DNA of 64,000 nt, taken from NCBI GenBank assembly GCA_051294375.1, contig CM119263.1:18314628-18378627 (forward strand). Reading direction: 5' to 3'. This stretch comes from Paraspadella gotoi. Lineage: Eukaryota > Animalia > Chaetognatha. Below, piece by piece: positions 1 through 13,941 of the stretch. Below the pieces are notes generated by a model that made no database searches, had not been told where the DNA came from, and saw only the letters and a list, made by a program, of their open reading frames with translations. The position numbers and the translations under genes were made by a program. How positions within the stretch are numbered: position 1 is the first letter of the stretch; each line of letters begins with the position of its first letter.

Positions 1-160
1 AGAATGTGAAAATTGGATGTGTTTAGGAAAAATGGTCATAAAATATTGCTTTGATTCTAAATAATTTTGCAATGACAAATTATGTTCATTTTCTTTCTAT
101 TTCGTTGTTTTTTGTACAATTATAGAGAAAGACACAAGCTTTATTTCTTTGTGTACAACA

Positions 161-225
161 ATTTTTAATTTACCGCTGATGAAGGCTTACATAAGCGAAA
201 CATTGTCCTATGTAAAATAAAAAAT
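161..225 (+). ncRNA. Type I hammerhead ribozyme motif (minimal, Penelope/retrozyme-like)
   Basis: Core CTGATGA at 176-182; stem II GCTT(185-188)/AAGC(193-196); GAAAC at 197-201; very short stem III; GTC cleavage triplet at 205-207. Stem I: TTTTTAATTTAC (162-173) pairs 11/12 with GTAAAATAAAAA (212-223). Two extra nt (AG) before stem II and a small internal loop in stem I deviate from the ideal. Confidence 0.62.
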
Positions 226-954
226 ACGTATGTACCCAAACAAAATAAACTTTGTCTTTCGCTAAACAAAATTGTAGGTTTTTCATTATTGTTATTATAA
301 AGATGTACTCATGTTTTAACATTCTTATTTTAAATGATTTTACTAATAATTTCTGAGAATTTGTTCATTTTTTGATTAAAAAATAAATAGAATTGCAGAA
401 GCGATCTAAGCGAAGGAGATAGGGTAATGGGTAAGGCGCTTATGCGTAAGTCACATAGCAATTATATTTTTTGGTAAAATCGATTATAAGGCTTGTATAA
501 AGTTAATTAACCTTATTAACAGCTTTTATAAGCTTATACATAGGATAGTTGATGCTTATGTGCGGCTCATGTACTTATGTCCGATTTTGCGTTAATTTTT
601 AGCAATTTTATGAAAGAAGTACTTACTTTTAAAATTAACTTCAACTATTTATCATAAACAGAGTTTTCTTTACACACTTTTTATTGATGAAAACCGGCGT
701 TTAGATTCTTTGTTTGGCTATATTCACTTAAAAAAGTGAACTTACCAGCTTTATGTGATATCAAATTTTGCGTTATTTTTGACATTTTTTGCATCAAATT
801 GCTTTATAAAATCGATAGACGGAAAGAATTGACGCGATGAATTTTCTTTTTTTGAATTATGGGCATATATTTATCAAATACCAAAAATTCAAGGGCGACA
901 AGAGTCATATATCATATCTTTAATTTATTGCTTCCGACGCTTAGTGGATACGGT

Positions 955-1374
955 ATAATTGTAATTCAATTAATCATTAAAAATTTATCCAATCATTTAA
1001 TTAAAACTATCTTGCCCACGACATTGGACAAGCTATGTTGGGTTTAGACCTCCGTCCTCTTACAAGATAATTATATTAATTATATAGCAAGGCTTTCAAT
1101 CAAGACTCTCTCACAGTCTAGTTTATTTATTCCCAGAGGTACGTGTGGCGCTTCGGCTAATCAATGAAATGGTATAATGTTTCAAAGAATGTTTCAATTG
1201 TTTAAAATATCATTACATTAAATTCGTGTTCGTCCTCGGCATCATCAGCCACTAACTTGACGTCGACATCGACGGTGTGCGAACTGCACAGTGCACAGTG
1301 CACAGTGTAGTGCACACGCCTTCGTCACTGTTGTCATTCTGTTCGACGTCGCGGTCGTCCTCAACGTCGTCGTC

Positions 1375-1427
<53 letters not shown>

Positions 1428-2543
1428 AGATTTTGACCCCGAAAACGTTGGAGCGGAATGCGGAAGATTTGGAGTCTCTGGGGGCGGAAGAAGAGGAGAA
1501 GCCGGAAGAGGAAAGGGAGGAGAAAAAAAAGAGGAAAGAAAAGAGATGAACTACGAAGCTGACAACTCGGTTGGAGGAAAGGAAAAGAAGGTTGAAAAAA
1601 GGAAGAGAGAGAGAGGAAAGAACCTGTCGAACCTGTGAAACCTGACGAAGTGGAAAGAAAGAATCAGAAAGACAAGAAAGAAAAGTAAAGACGAGGCGAA
1701 AGAGATGAAAGAAAGAAAAAAGAAAAAAAGGAAAAAAAAAGAAAGAAAGAATAAGCACAGACAAGAAAGATAAAAGAACCGATCAACCACCAACCAACCA
1801 ACCAACCAACCAACCATCCAATGGATAAAAGAAAATACCAACTCTCAAGTGGAACCTGCCCAACCTGCCAAACCCGAAATGTTCTTTCCTTTCGTCTCGC
1901 TTCCGCTTTTTTCCTCCAGGATCGAATTTTCGCTAATAACGAAATCGGAAAGACCGAAATTCTTTTGGGCAAGCGAGTTCCCTATATATCGCGATAGGTT
2001 TTAACGAGAATTAAACCTAAACGTTCATTGATTTCAATTTCTAGACTTCAGTGTTTAATTAAATGTTCATTACGGCAAATTTCCGCCTTAGTTAGAGTTT
2101 TCATTGCGACCAAGTCGCAACCGTGAAAAAAAATTTGTTAAACTAATTACATAAAATTCGAACCGTTTTTTTTTTCTAATTTCGTTAGTTTTTTTTTTTT
2201 CGTTTCGGACGAATCTTGCTAAACCATTTGGGTCAAAATTTTATTAGGTTCCTTTAGTAAGCACGTTTCACCTGGCAGAAAAAAGGTATAATTTTTTAAT
2301 ATTAATTTAATTTTTTTTTATTTCTTTTTTCTCAAATGAAAACTTTTTTTCATTTGATTTTTATCTGTCAAACGTTGTTCTTTATCGGCGGTTTGTCTCG
2401 CTCTCTCTCGTTGTTTTCTCCCGCTCCGTCTCTTTTTTTTACCTTGTCACTCCCTCTCCCTCTCTCTCGATGGTCAAAACTAAATGAGGCAAAACAGAAA
2501 AAAATTTTTCCCTAGAAACTCATTGGTAGTCAACGGAAGGAGG
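955..2543 (+). repeat. Copy A (partial) of a ~6 kb unit repeated four times
   Basis: Collinear with 17685-19430 and 27275-29560, e.g. GCTATGTTGGGTTTAGACCTCCGTCCTCTTACAAGA and CCTGCCAAACCCGAAATG. Ends at a 25-N gap. Confidence 0.93.
1365..1426. repeat. (GTC)n microsatellite, possibly within a minus-strand exon (poly-Asp or poly-Thr)
   Basis: About 20 GTC units. On the minus strand a polypyrimidine tract plus CAG (1478-1480) precedes the repeat; the frame cannot be determined. Confidence 0.85.
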
Positions 2544-2568
2544 NNNNNNNNNNNNNNNNNNNNNNNNN

Positions 2569-5500
2569 ATTTTTTTGATAAAGAAATCATCACTGAAGAA
2601 ATTTCTCTGGCCAAAAAGTTACACTTACCACTGCTGCAGGTGGAATGTTGTGTGCAACCGAAGGTGCATTGATGAAAACCACAGAACTAAAGAAACTGAA
2701 ATGGAGGACAAACCCCAAAAGAAGTAGCAACACTAAACAAACTCAGTTGATGGAACCATCTCAACAAAAGAAATTGCGTACGCTATCTCTGTAGAAGTAA
2801 GAACGAGTTAATGAGCATTCCAACTAAAGAAGTCAAAAGTAAGTTGAGTGGATGTAGTTACAGGTTGAACACAGTTGAAAAATCAATGAAAGTACTCATC
2901 TTGGGGATCAGGAATTCGCTCTACAAGAAGAATAGAAAAGAAGTTTGAGCAGTAAGAAAAAGAAGTGATCCAGACACTGCTCAAGTGCAGTAGTAACTGA
3001 GGAGCAATTGGATTACAAGATTCCATGAAGAACGTGAAAAGACTGGGGAGATGTAGTTCAGACTAAACAAATTGCCCACAATGGATGTATCTCTTCTAGG
3101 CTAAGATTTCTCCAAACTGGTCAGATAGACAGTTTTTAAAAGAACAGAAGGCAATTATGTGAATATGGTATTACAAAAAGACAGAAATAAAGTGACGGCG
3201 AAGAAGAGGAAAGAAGTTTCATGACTCATATTTACCTATTTAATACAAGGGATCAAAAAGCAACTAATGGGTCAAAGAAGTTGTACCAACTGAGGACAGA
3301 GGTTAAGGAAATAGTATCAACAAGAATCAGAGAAGTCTTTGAGAAACGAATTAACCAACTAAACGAAAGTATCTCTACAGAGGAAACTGTGGTTCTTCAA
3401 AAAGAGTCACTTCTTGAACAGAAAGGTGACATCACTAATGCTCAGGTAGATGTTGTTACAATGCTGGTGGTGCAGTTGATGAATGGTAAGCCACAAACTA
3501 AAAAATTGAAAAAGAAGCGAATTGGAAAAAGGAGTTAAAGTGATTTAACACAAATTACTCACAAATTTCAAGTATGGAAAGTGAAAAGACAGTGGGATGA
3601 TGCTGTTCCAACTAAACAAATAGCTCCAACAATGAAGTTTCTTTCTGGTTTTAAACTGTTCAAACTTCTGATTAAGGTGGACGGTTTTAAAAGCAAAATA
3701 AAGGGCCTATTAAGGATTTAACCTCAAACAAAAAAAAGAAAAGAAGTTGAAGCTGAAGTGATTTTAAAGCAACTCTACTTTACAAACTTTAATAGAAGTG
3801 ATAACAACAAAGGCCACCCAATGGGGGTCAGAGAAGTTGGTATCAACTGAGGGTAAACTTAAGGAAATAGCTTCCAACAAAGAACAGGAAGAAATTTTTT
3901 GAGAAAGAGAAGTCACTCAAACTAAAGGAAAATACTGGACAAAAAATGATACCACCATTCAGCGTGGATGTTGTTGTACTACTGAAGGTGCAGATTGAGG
4001 AAAAGACACCAACAAGAAAACAGAAAAGGAAGAGAAACATTTAAAACAAAAAACAACTTTGGTAGATCGAACAATCTCAGCGATAAGATGAAGTCAACCG
4101 TCTGCTGTTAAGTAGAAATGATAAAAGTGAGTAAAGGAGAAATTGATGAAAGAATGCGCGAAAAGAAGTAAAGATGGTATCAAATAGAAGTTGCAGCAAC
4201 AATAAAAGTTTGTCAACTGCTACAAGACTTCTCCAACTTTTGATTCAGGTGATATTATCCCGAGCAACTGAACCTTGAGGAATATGCTATTACAAAAAAG
4301 ATAGAAAAAGAATCAATCCAGGGGTCACAATTGAAGAAGCAGATCATACAAAAACAGAAGAGGTTTTTTGGATCAAAGAAGTTACGAAGAAAGAAATTTC
4401 CTTTGACATAAATTGACCAAACAACCTGCGCCAATGTTGTAAGCTTCAACTAAAGGACTGAAAAATAGGTATGCAAAAAAAAGAGCTACAGTCATATTGT
4501 GGTTCCAACGAAAAGCCACGGTTGAAAAAAAATTTATAAGAAAAATAGGAGTGTCAACCTTTGGACCAAAGTAAAAAAGTGACGGAGGGTGTTATTTGAT
4601 GCTAAGCATAACAATAAAGGAGTAAAAGAGATAGAGGAAGTTTTGTATGAGCCGACTAACTTGCTTCTGGAAATGAGGTTTTTTACTGAATCAAACCTCT
4701 CCAACTCAGGTAGAGGATTAGCAGCTACAAAAGGTCCTATAAAAGAAAAGATATGAACAGTAGGAGAAAGCTGAAAAAAAAGCTACAGCAGTGAACACTA
4801 TCTTGAAACATTGATAGAAAATGATTACTGCAAACCACACATGGTCAAGAAATTGTAACTAACTGAAGGCGAAGATGAGGAAGGTTGTCACAAAAAGAAA
4901 GACTAAAAGTTTTTTCAAAAAGATTACTCTAATGAGGAAAGTTTTCTCCTGAAGCGGAACTATGACTACCAGACTACTCTGCAGCAGCTTGGAACTGGTA
5001 TTTAGCCTTACTAAAATTGCTCGTGGTAAAATCATGCCTGCACCAAAGAGACAGAAAAGAGGAATTGCTAAATAAAGAGGGAAGCAATAGTACCTAGCAA
5101 AACTGAGTTTTGCAGAAACTATCTCTCACAGAAATATTTCAGACCAACTCTTACAACCAAGTTGATGTGAAAATCAACAGAGCTCCTGAAGGGAAGTAAA
5201 AAGAAATGGAGATTATAGCGCCAACTGAAAGATTTTCTACAATCAGTCCTTTTGAGGTAGAAAACTGACACTTCTGGAAGAAAAGATGATCTCCCAGCAA
5301 CCAAAGGTCTTTTATAAAGATGTTTCAAAAGAGACCAGAGTTGAACCAAAAGTGGTAGAATAAAAGGAGACGTGACTCCTAACTTTACAACTTGATTGAG
5401 ATGATCTCAACACAGGAAACCCAATTTAAGCCAAGGAAGTAGACAACAAGAAGGAAGTTGTGGAAGTTGCCACAACAAAGGAACAGAAGGGTTTTAAAAA

Positions 5501-8500
5501 AGAAACTGTAATCGCCAAAAGGAAATTGTGGATGGAAATATACCAAGTATTGCAAGCAATTGACAAAAATGAACCTCAAAGGAGATTAAAAAAGGAATAA
5601 ATACCTTGAAAAGCAAAGGAAAGAGAAGATATTTGAACCAACCAAACAGTAGGGTCATGGTAACATCTCAACGAAAGTTAGCCACTCCAACTTCTGAAGC
5701 AGCAACAGGAAAGAAGATTACAAATCTAAAGAAGACGTTAAATCCAAAAGTAGAGGATAAAATATTGGACAGTGACTCCTACTTTGAAAGTTTTGGTTGG
5801 AGTTATAGCCAAAGGCTACGCAATCTGGAAAGGAAGTTGGGACAAGTAAAAGTGGAGCTATAGGGTTGCCTACCAACGGAAGGAACTGACAGCGTTGCTC
5901 CTGACAAAAATAGATCAAACCACTGCACAAGTTGAAAATACGCAACCAACTAAAGTGGCCGGGACAAAAAGTGAACCTCTATAAAAACTGAAAAAGAAAT
6001 AAAAACCTTTGAAAAAGAAGAAGTAGGGGTGTAAAGACAACAGAAACCATAGTGACGGAACCCATCTCAAACAGAAAAATTATTACTATCAACCAAAAAC
6101 TCTGCAAGGTTGATGTATAAACGACAGAAGGAGAATTGATTAAGCATTTCACTAAGCAAGTGAAAAAAAAGTGAAGATAGAGATTACCCACTAACAATTG
6201 TTTTCCACACTATCAGTTCTCCTGCTGAGTATAAAATGGTGACACTTCTACTAGTAATAGAGTGATTTAGCGTAACCCAAGGTCCTTTTAAAGAAGACGT
6301 TATAACAAAAGTCAACAAGGAATAACCCAAAAGGAGAGGAAAAAACTTGGACATGAGCCCCTATTATTCCAAACTTGATTGGAGTGAACACAAGGAGGAT
6401 GCAGTTATTAAAGTTTGTCAAACAAGAAAACTGAAGGAGGTTTATGAAAATGTTGCTTCTACCGAAAGGGTTGCTCCTGACAAACTATCACCAACCACGG
6501 CACAGCTGGAATGGAATGGACCAACTAAGGGTATGACAAGAAGTGAACTACTAAAACTGAAAATGAAAAAAAGATGATTTTAGAAGCAGTTAACCAACAA
6601 AAAACCTATGGTCCAGGTAACCATCTCAAAGAAAGTTAGTATCAGCATACTTCTGCACAAGTTGAATGGACGTAAAACGACTGAGGAGCAATTGATGTAC
6701 GGCTTTCAAATCAAAAGAAGATAAGAAGAAAAGTGAAATCAGAGTGCAACTGAGGCAAGTTGCTTCTAAAATGTTATTTCCTGAGTATAAAACTGTGTCA
6801 ACTTCTGCTGAGATAGATGATTTAGCTCTAACGAAAAGGCTTTGAAGAAGATGTTACAACACAGAATTAAAAAAAGAAGTTGAGTAAAAGAAGAAACAGA
6901 GAGAGTGCTCCAACTTTACAACTTTGATAGGGGTAAATTCCAACTAAGGCAAGGGATTAAGTAAGGTAAAAGAGAACAAGTGAAGGTAAGCAGGAGTTGC
7001 CCAACAAAAGAAACTGAAATAGTTCCCGACAAGTAGTTGGCCTACAGAGAAGCTTCTCCTGAGAAAAGCTTGAAAAAATCTATGCAAAACTAGATAGAAA
7101 TTGAACTACTGATGTGGCATTTGATAAATATGAACCTACAATGATCTTGAAAAACAAAAAAACCTGAAGGAAAGAGGAAACTGTTAAATCCACACAAAAA
7201 ACTATGAGTCAACACAAAATTAGCATTACCGTACCTCTGACAAGTTGGATGGAGTAAAACGACTGTAGGAGGCAATTGGATATAGGGCCTTTCTAACGAA
7301 AGGTGAGTGAAAAAAAAGTGAAGATAGTCTTTTTGCAAAGAACAAGGTGCTTCCACAATATTATTTCAACTGGATATAACTGTGCCAACTATGATTGATT
7401 AGCAGCAATCGCAAAGGTCTTAGAGAAGATTTACAATGAATAGATTCAGAATGGAAAAAACAGAGAAAGTGGTCTCTACTTTGCAAACTTTGAATTGGAG
7501 TGATCACAACACAAGTCAATCCAACTAAAACCAAGTACAAGGAATTTTTACAAGTGAAGGTGGCAGTAAAGAGGCTGCCACAACAAGAGACTGAAAATTA
7601 GTTTTTGAGAAAGAATTTGCTCCTTCTGAAAAGTATCTCTCAGCTAAATATCGCAAAACAACTGCTCAGGTTGACAGACTAGCACCAACTAATGTAGAAT
7701 TGATACAGTGAACGCCCAAGGAAGTGAAGAAAAATTAAACAGGAAAAGAAGAGGAAGTAGAAGCCTTTTAACACAACAGAAAAAAAAATGCTAGAGGTGC
7801 ATCTCAACAGAAAAATACTATCTCAACCTCTGCAAAGTTAGTATGTAAAAACTACTGAAGGAGCAATTGATATAGGGTTTAACAAGGATGATAAAAGAAA
7901 CTGAAGAAATGATGTCAATGTTAAAGTTGCTTCACAATAACAGTTTCTGCTGATTATAAAGAATTGCTCCCACAGAGGAAGATGTCTAAGGAAAACCAAC
8001 ACAAACAGCTGTGGAATGGATAGCCAATAGGTAAAGTAACTAGTAAGGAACTGAAAAAGAAATAAAATTGAAAGAAGAGGAAATAGATACTATAACGCCA
8101 ACAAAAAAAGTATTGTCAAGAGTGTCTACAGAAAATTGCAGCACCAACCTCGGCCCAAGTGAAACAACTGCAGACAATTTGATCATAGGTATTTCCACCA
8201 AGGAGTGACAAAAACTGAAGAAAGTAAATGTTAGCGTTACTACCAAATAGGTTCGCTGCTTACTATAAAACTTCTGCGAGAATAGATGATTTTCAGGACT
8301 GAAAGTCTTTAAAGAGAATGTTACCACAGAAGACACATGGCTGGAGTGACAACAAAAGCATCAAAAATTGGTGCAGGAACAGCAACAAGTTGAGGGTGCG
8401 TTATGGAAGTTTTCCAAACTGAAGGGTTTTGAGAAGAAGTTGCTTCCCACAGGGGGAAGCTGCCCTGGGAAAAACCAGTACAAACCATGTGGCTGGTAGA

Positions 8501-11500
8501 GTAGGTAAGAGTCACTATAAGGCACCTGAAAGGAAAATAGAATTGGAATAAAAGAAGAGGAAGGAGAATACTGTAGCACGCAACAGAAAAAAGTATTGTC
8601 AAGGTGCATATAACAACAAGAAAAATTAGAGCACCGGGACCCGCCAGTAAAAACGACTGTAGGAGGAATTGATTTAGGCTATTAACAAAATGAGTGAAAG
8701 AGGAAGTAAAAGTAGTCTGCAAAAAACAATTGGCCACACCCAGCGATATTTTCTCTAACTATGAAACTAACAACCGTTCATTCAAGAAAAGCATAGGATC
8801 ACCATCTCTGTAGAAGCTCCAGAAGTGATAAGATCATGATATAAGCATTCCAATGAGGTTAAGTGAAGTGAAACTGGAGGCAGTACAACTGAAAGTTTAT
8901 CTCAACGGTTGGTATTATTTTTGAAAACCTAACTGAACCAACATTGCTGAATTGAGGACAAAAAAGCAACAAAGGTCCTTTTCAAAGAAGATACAAACAA
9001 TAAAAGGATTTGGAAGGAGAAAGGAGCATGAAGGAAAAACCAACTGAATCAAACTCTGGTACAAAAATGCTGGATTCTACAAAAATTGTGCCACTTTTAA
9101 ATGGGTAATAAAAATGGTGACAACTGAACCAGGATTGGATGGAAAGAAAGAACAAATGAAATCAAGAAAACCAACAGTAGTAGTCTCCACAGACCAAAAA
9201 AAGCAACCAACAACTGTTCAAAACATAGAAGAGTTTCGTGACTAGAGGCCTTCCACTGGAAAGAATAGGGAAATTAATAACGGAGAGCAATTTGTGCCAC
9301 ACTACATAGCAAAAATAACAAAAAATAAGCCACATTTGCAAGTAGCAATTGAAGCACTAAAGGCCTAACTAGAAGAAGGATGACCTCTATTATACTGAAA
9401 GAAAAGATGAAGAGATTACGCAACAAACCAACTCTATAGAGAGAGTTTCTGAAGCAACCAAACAACCAAAAAATCATCAACTGTAAAAGAAAATTACAAC
9501 CCACTAAAGATACTGAACGAAAATATCAGATAGAAAAAAGAGCCTCCTGAGCTACTCCAAAACGGGAAGATTTACAATGACAAAAAGATTTTTCCATTAC
9601 AATACAATGTGAGGAATAGTTCAAGAAGTTTCTGAATTTAAAGACAGATACATAACATTTTCTCAAGAATTGCAGTGAAGACACAAAGGTAACAGGCTAT
9701 AGCAAGTAAAACCCAAGGGGGAGACTGAAAAAGCAGTGAAAGAAAAAAAGGAGCAGCTACTGATACTACTCGTAAAAAAATACTGCAACCAAAGAAGTTT
9801 TTCCTGAAAAAAAGACAAAAACTCAGCTCAGGTTCAAGCTGCATTAGTGTGACTAAAAGTGCTGTACAGGAAAGTATGCAACTTCAGAAGCTCAAATAGA
9901 AGTAACCAAGAAAGAAAAAATATTATAAAGATGCAGAGAAAGACGACAACCAACTTGAGATACAATATCACCAGCAATAACAGGTGGAACAACAGAAGTT
10001 GCCTGTAGAAATTAAAGGCAACTGTTGAAAGTAAAAGTGGAAGGAATGGCTAAGAAAAACAGGATACTGAGGCAAACTTCCAACGAAAGAATATTTACTT
10101 TAAAGAGAGTTATACTGGACAAAGAATTACAACAGCCACTGTGAAGGAGCAAGAAGTGCTGCAACAGAAATTGCTGCTGAGGAAAGAAACCTACTGAAAA
10201 TTTGAAAAAAAGTACAGTAAAGGCAGACAACAAAAAAGGCCAACAGTAATGAAAAAGTAAACGCAAACAATTAAGTTTTTACTGTGAAAACAGATAAACA
10301 ACTGAATATGGCAAGAAGTGCTTGGGACGCAAGTACTATGGACAGAAAAGTGAATCAACAAGAGTAACTAAAGAAGAAAGAAACGTACTAAAGCCAACTG
10401 TCCACTGGGATATTTATTACACAGAAGAAAGTTTTTCCTGAAGAACAGTACTTGCACAGGTGTTGTTGAAGAAGAAAATGCAACTATGGTAACTGAAAGA
10501 GAAATGTACAAAAAAAGATCAAGCTGTAACAGGCAAACTCTATAACAGAGCTTAGTTACCAAAGAGTTTTCCTGATAAAAACTGTCGGGAACAAAAGTTC
10601 TGTAAAGGAAAGTGAACCTACTGAAGAGGCTGAAAGAGAAAAAACAAGCGAAAGAAAAAAAACCACTGCACACACAGTTCACCAGGAATGTTGTACTATA
10701 CCAGACAAATTTTAATCCTGATACAGAGCCTTACAACTACTAGAATGGGCAGCAAAAGTAACTATGACAAAGGCCATGCTGAAGACGAAAAACCTCCTTG
10801 AGACACAAAAAAAGTGAGAAGATAAACGAAGAAGGAAACTGAATCGACTCCATTTAGAAGATTTTCAAACATCAGCTCAATGCAGGAAGAGTTGGTGACT
10901 GATATAGTTTTTGACAGATAGAGAATCAACAAAGGAAACGATAAAGGAAGTAACATCAAAAAGAGGCCATCTGAATTAACGATTTATGACAACAAAGATT
11001 GTTTCTTCTGATACTATATAACAACAGAAAGTTTAGCTAAGGAAGATTGAACCCACTATTAGAAGCTAAAAAAGAGATAAACAAAAAAACGAAGAAATAA
11101 CTCGAGCAAACGCCAACAGTAAATTTAGTATGCTACAAAAATGTTTTCTACAAAGAAACTTAAGATAACAACTGCACTAGAGGGTGCTGTCGAAAGAAGC
11201 AAGTCAACCAGTCAAAATTGATAGAGAAAGTGACAGAGACAAAGCAAGCACAACAGAGCCAACTCTATTCAGAAGTGTTTTCGGGGTTACCCAAGAAATT
11301 TTTCCTGACAAAAAATATACACCAACCTCTGGTAAGATGCAGAACTAACCTGTGACAGTTACCCAGTCTGGGTAGCAAGCAAACAAGGGTGAGTGAGAAC
11401 AATTTTACCTGGGAACAGGAAGCTGGAGGCCACTAAGCCAAGTTTAATAGATAAGTAACATCAACAGGCCAAAGGTTTTTTCTGAAGAAAAGCTAACTAA

Positions 11501-13392
11501 AAATGCCTGAAAAAAAACTAACAGAGAAGAAAAACAGGCAAAACTGAGCCTACACAAAACAGAGTTCATTTATTGGTAACAGATAGAGGTTTATCCGATA
11601 AAAAAGTGTCAAACAATTCTTCTATAGTACCAGTAACAAAGGATTGGCTGAAGACGTCAACAACTAGAGAGAAAGAGTGCGAGAGAAACAACAGAGGAAA
11701 TCTTGACTGGGCCAACAGTAACAGAAAGAGTGTCCTATCTAGAGACATTGTCTCTGACAAAAAATTAAAAACAACGGCACATTCCAAGAAGTGTTGACAC
11801 TGTATTTCCTTTGAGAAAGTTGAAATCCACGAAGATGAGGAATTAGAAATGACTAAGGAATTTGCTTATAAAAAAAACTAACAAACGCCTTCTGATTTAA
11901 CATCTCACATAGAGAAAGTATCGTAAGTAAACTGACTAGAGAGTCTGAAGAAAGATACAGAAAAGATAAAGAAGGAACATTTTATCCTACGCGTAAGAAT
12001 TACAATAAAACTGACAATTAAAAAAAGGTTACACATAGAAGGCAAACCAACTATGGAGAGGAAACAGAAATAACACAGAAAAGGGAAGCAGTTTACAAGC
12101 CAACTCCTAAAGAAAAAGTTATTGGAACAGGTGGTTTACCTTGGAAAATACTCCAACTGAGTCTTTCCAATTATTAGTCGTGTAACTAAAGGAAGTATTT
12201 GAGGGTAAAGTACAGACAACATCGCAAAGAAGTTGGTGATGAAAAAAGAAGAGTCAAAATCAACGTCAAGTTCAGGAAGTTGAACAACACAGAGCTGCAA
12301 CTCTGGAGGGTATAATAACTGGAGCAACTGAAAGAGAATAACAGAAGCAAAACACAAGTACAACCAAGACAATTCCAATAGAAAGATTTACTGCAACTCA
12401 GAAAGCCAAACCGAAACAGTTTCTGTTAAAAAATGTTTACACAGAAGTTATGTTTAAGGTAGATAAAATCCACTAAGGATGCTGAAACAGTGTAAACAGC
12501 AAAAAGAAAAAGAGCAAGCTGACAGTCCAACTGTTGGATTTACTCACACAAGAAAATGTATCCAACAATATCTCATAAGACAGGAGCAAAAAATGTAAAC
12601 CAGGGAATGGAAACGCCAGACAGAGAACAATGCGACAACATGTCAAGGTCAATAAAACGAAGTATCAGCAACCATGGAAGTTTTTTACCGGACAAAAAAT
12701 AGTATCAACTGCAAAGGTTCAAGAAGTAAGTTGCAACTGAAGTGCTTATCGAGGAAGGAAACCACTGAGTTATTCCAAGTGAAAGACAAAGAAACTTTAG
12801 TAAATGTTCCAACAACTAGCATATCTTTTAAGGAAAATCTTTCAACATATTTACACATGTGAAAAAGTTACAGCAACAGAAAGTACAGCTGAGAAAGGAA
12901 AGCTTCTTGGAGACGGAAAAAAAAGTAACAAAAAAAAGAGCAAATCACAACCCAGCCGTTTTTCTGATAAAGTTTTAAAACATCTGCTCAGGTAAGGGTA
13001 CAAAAAATTACAGTTACAAAAGGCCTGGATCAAGAAACCAAAAAAGAGACAGAAAGAGAGTGGTTTGGAGCCCAAGTGGAAAAGCAAGTTGAAACAAAGA
13101 CAAAAGCTGCTGGCAACGACTGAAGAAGCAGAAGAAGTGAATCTCAACAGAAATAGTTGGGTCACGACGGGGCCGAGCCGCTACTGAAATACCGTTTGGG
13201 GCCCCTGATGCAGTCGGGACCACAGACGCGTTGACGCCGAGGAACATCGAAGCATCTTGGCGAGCCGACGATGAACTTCCTTCAATTCGCTTTAAACGTG
13301 CTCTAAAAGTAAACGATTTACGACGTCCCAATTCTCAAAAGCCGCCATCGCATCACATCCCACCATCCCTACCGCTACACCTCTTTCAAAAC
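2569..13392 (+). CDS. Giant Thr/Glu/Lys/Val-rich repetitive (mucin-like) coding region, heavily frameshifted (raw-read errors or pseudogene)
   Basis: Strong purine/A skew over ~10.6 kb with recurring ACA/ACT/GAA/GTT triplets and no microsatellites. Motif ACTGA(A)GGAGCAATTGAT (TEGAID) recurs at ~2996, 6124, 6680, 7262, 7854, 8656. Motif GATTTAGC..AAGGTCC..GAAGA (DL-A-TEGP-EED) recurs at ~4715, 5285, 6263, 6817, 7396, 8286. The cleaner 3' end reads ATEIPFGAPDAVGTTDALTPRNIEASWRADDELPSIRFKRALK; possible donor GTATGC at 13393. Confidence 0.7.
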
Positions 13393-13844
13393 GTATGCTT
13401 AGCTAATTAAAGTTTTTAGTTGCGCCCGATTACCTTGTGGAGAAACTATATAAGCACTTTTTTGGTCGGACAGTCTGTTGTTCTATCCTACTTAAATATT
13501 TGTAACCCGGTTACTATCATATTATTTTTTAATAATACTTTAAAGTAGGGTTAATATACCATTTAGATACTTAATGTACACGCTTTGCTACTTTGTACAT
13601 TCACGAATGATTAACATAAAAATTCAATCACATGAAAAGAAAGTCACCTGTTTGTACATCTAATTTAAGTATAGTAAATATTTTGAAGACTGGTGAAGTA
13701 GCTTAAACTGCTGCTTTTGGATAAATATAAATATATAAATATAAATATAAAGTTATGCAGCGCAACAGTTTTGAACTTCACTGGTCCTTGCTTTCAACAT
13801 TTTTTAGTTTATAAATTTTTTTTGTGGTTTTTTTGTTTTGGTTT

Positions 13845-13905
<61 letters not shown>

Positions 13906-13941
13906 CTCTCTCATCTCCATTTAATTGAAAATTGCCCTCAG

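Noticed and set aside
1220-1256. Second hammerhead-like string on the minus strand (CTGATGATGCCGAGGACGAACAC; GAAAC in copy B at ~17965)
   Set aside because: No stem III/NUH triplet after GAAAC and no stem I partner; the copies disagree in the core.
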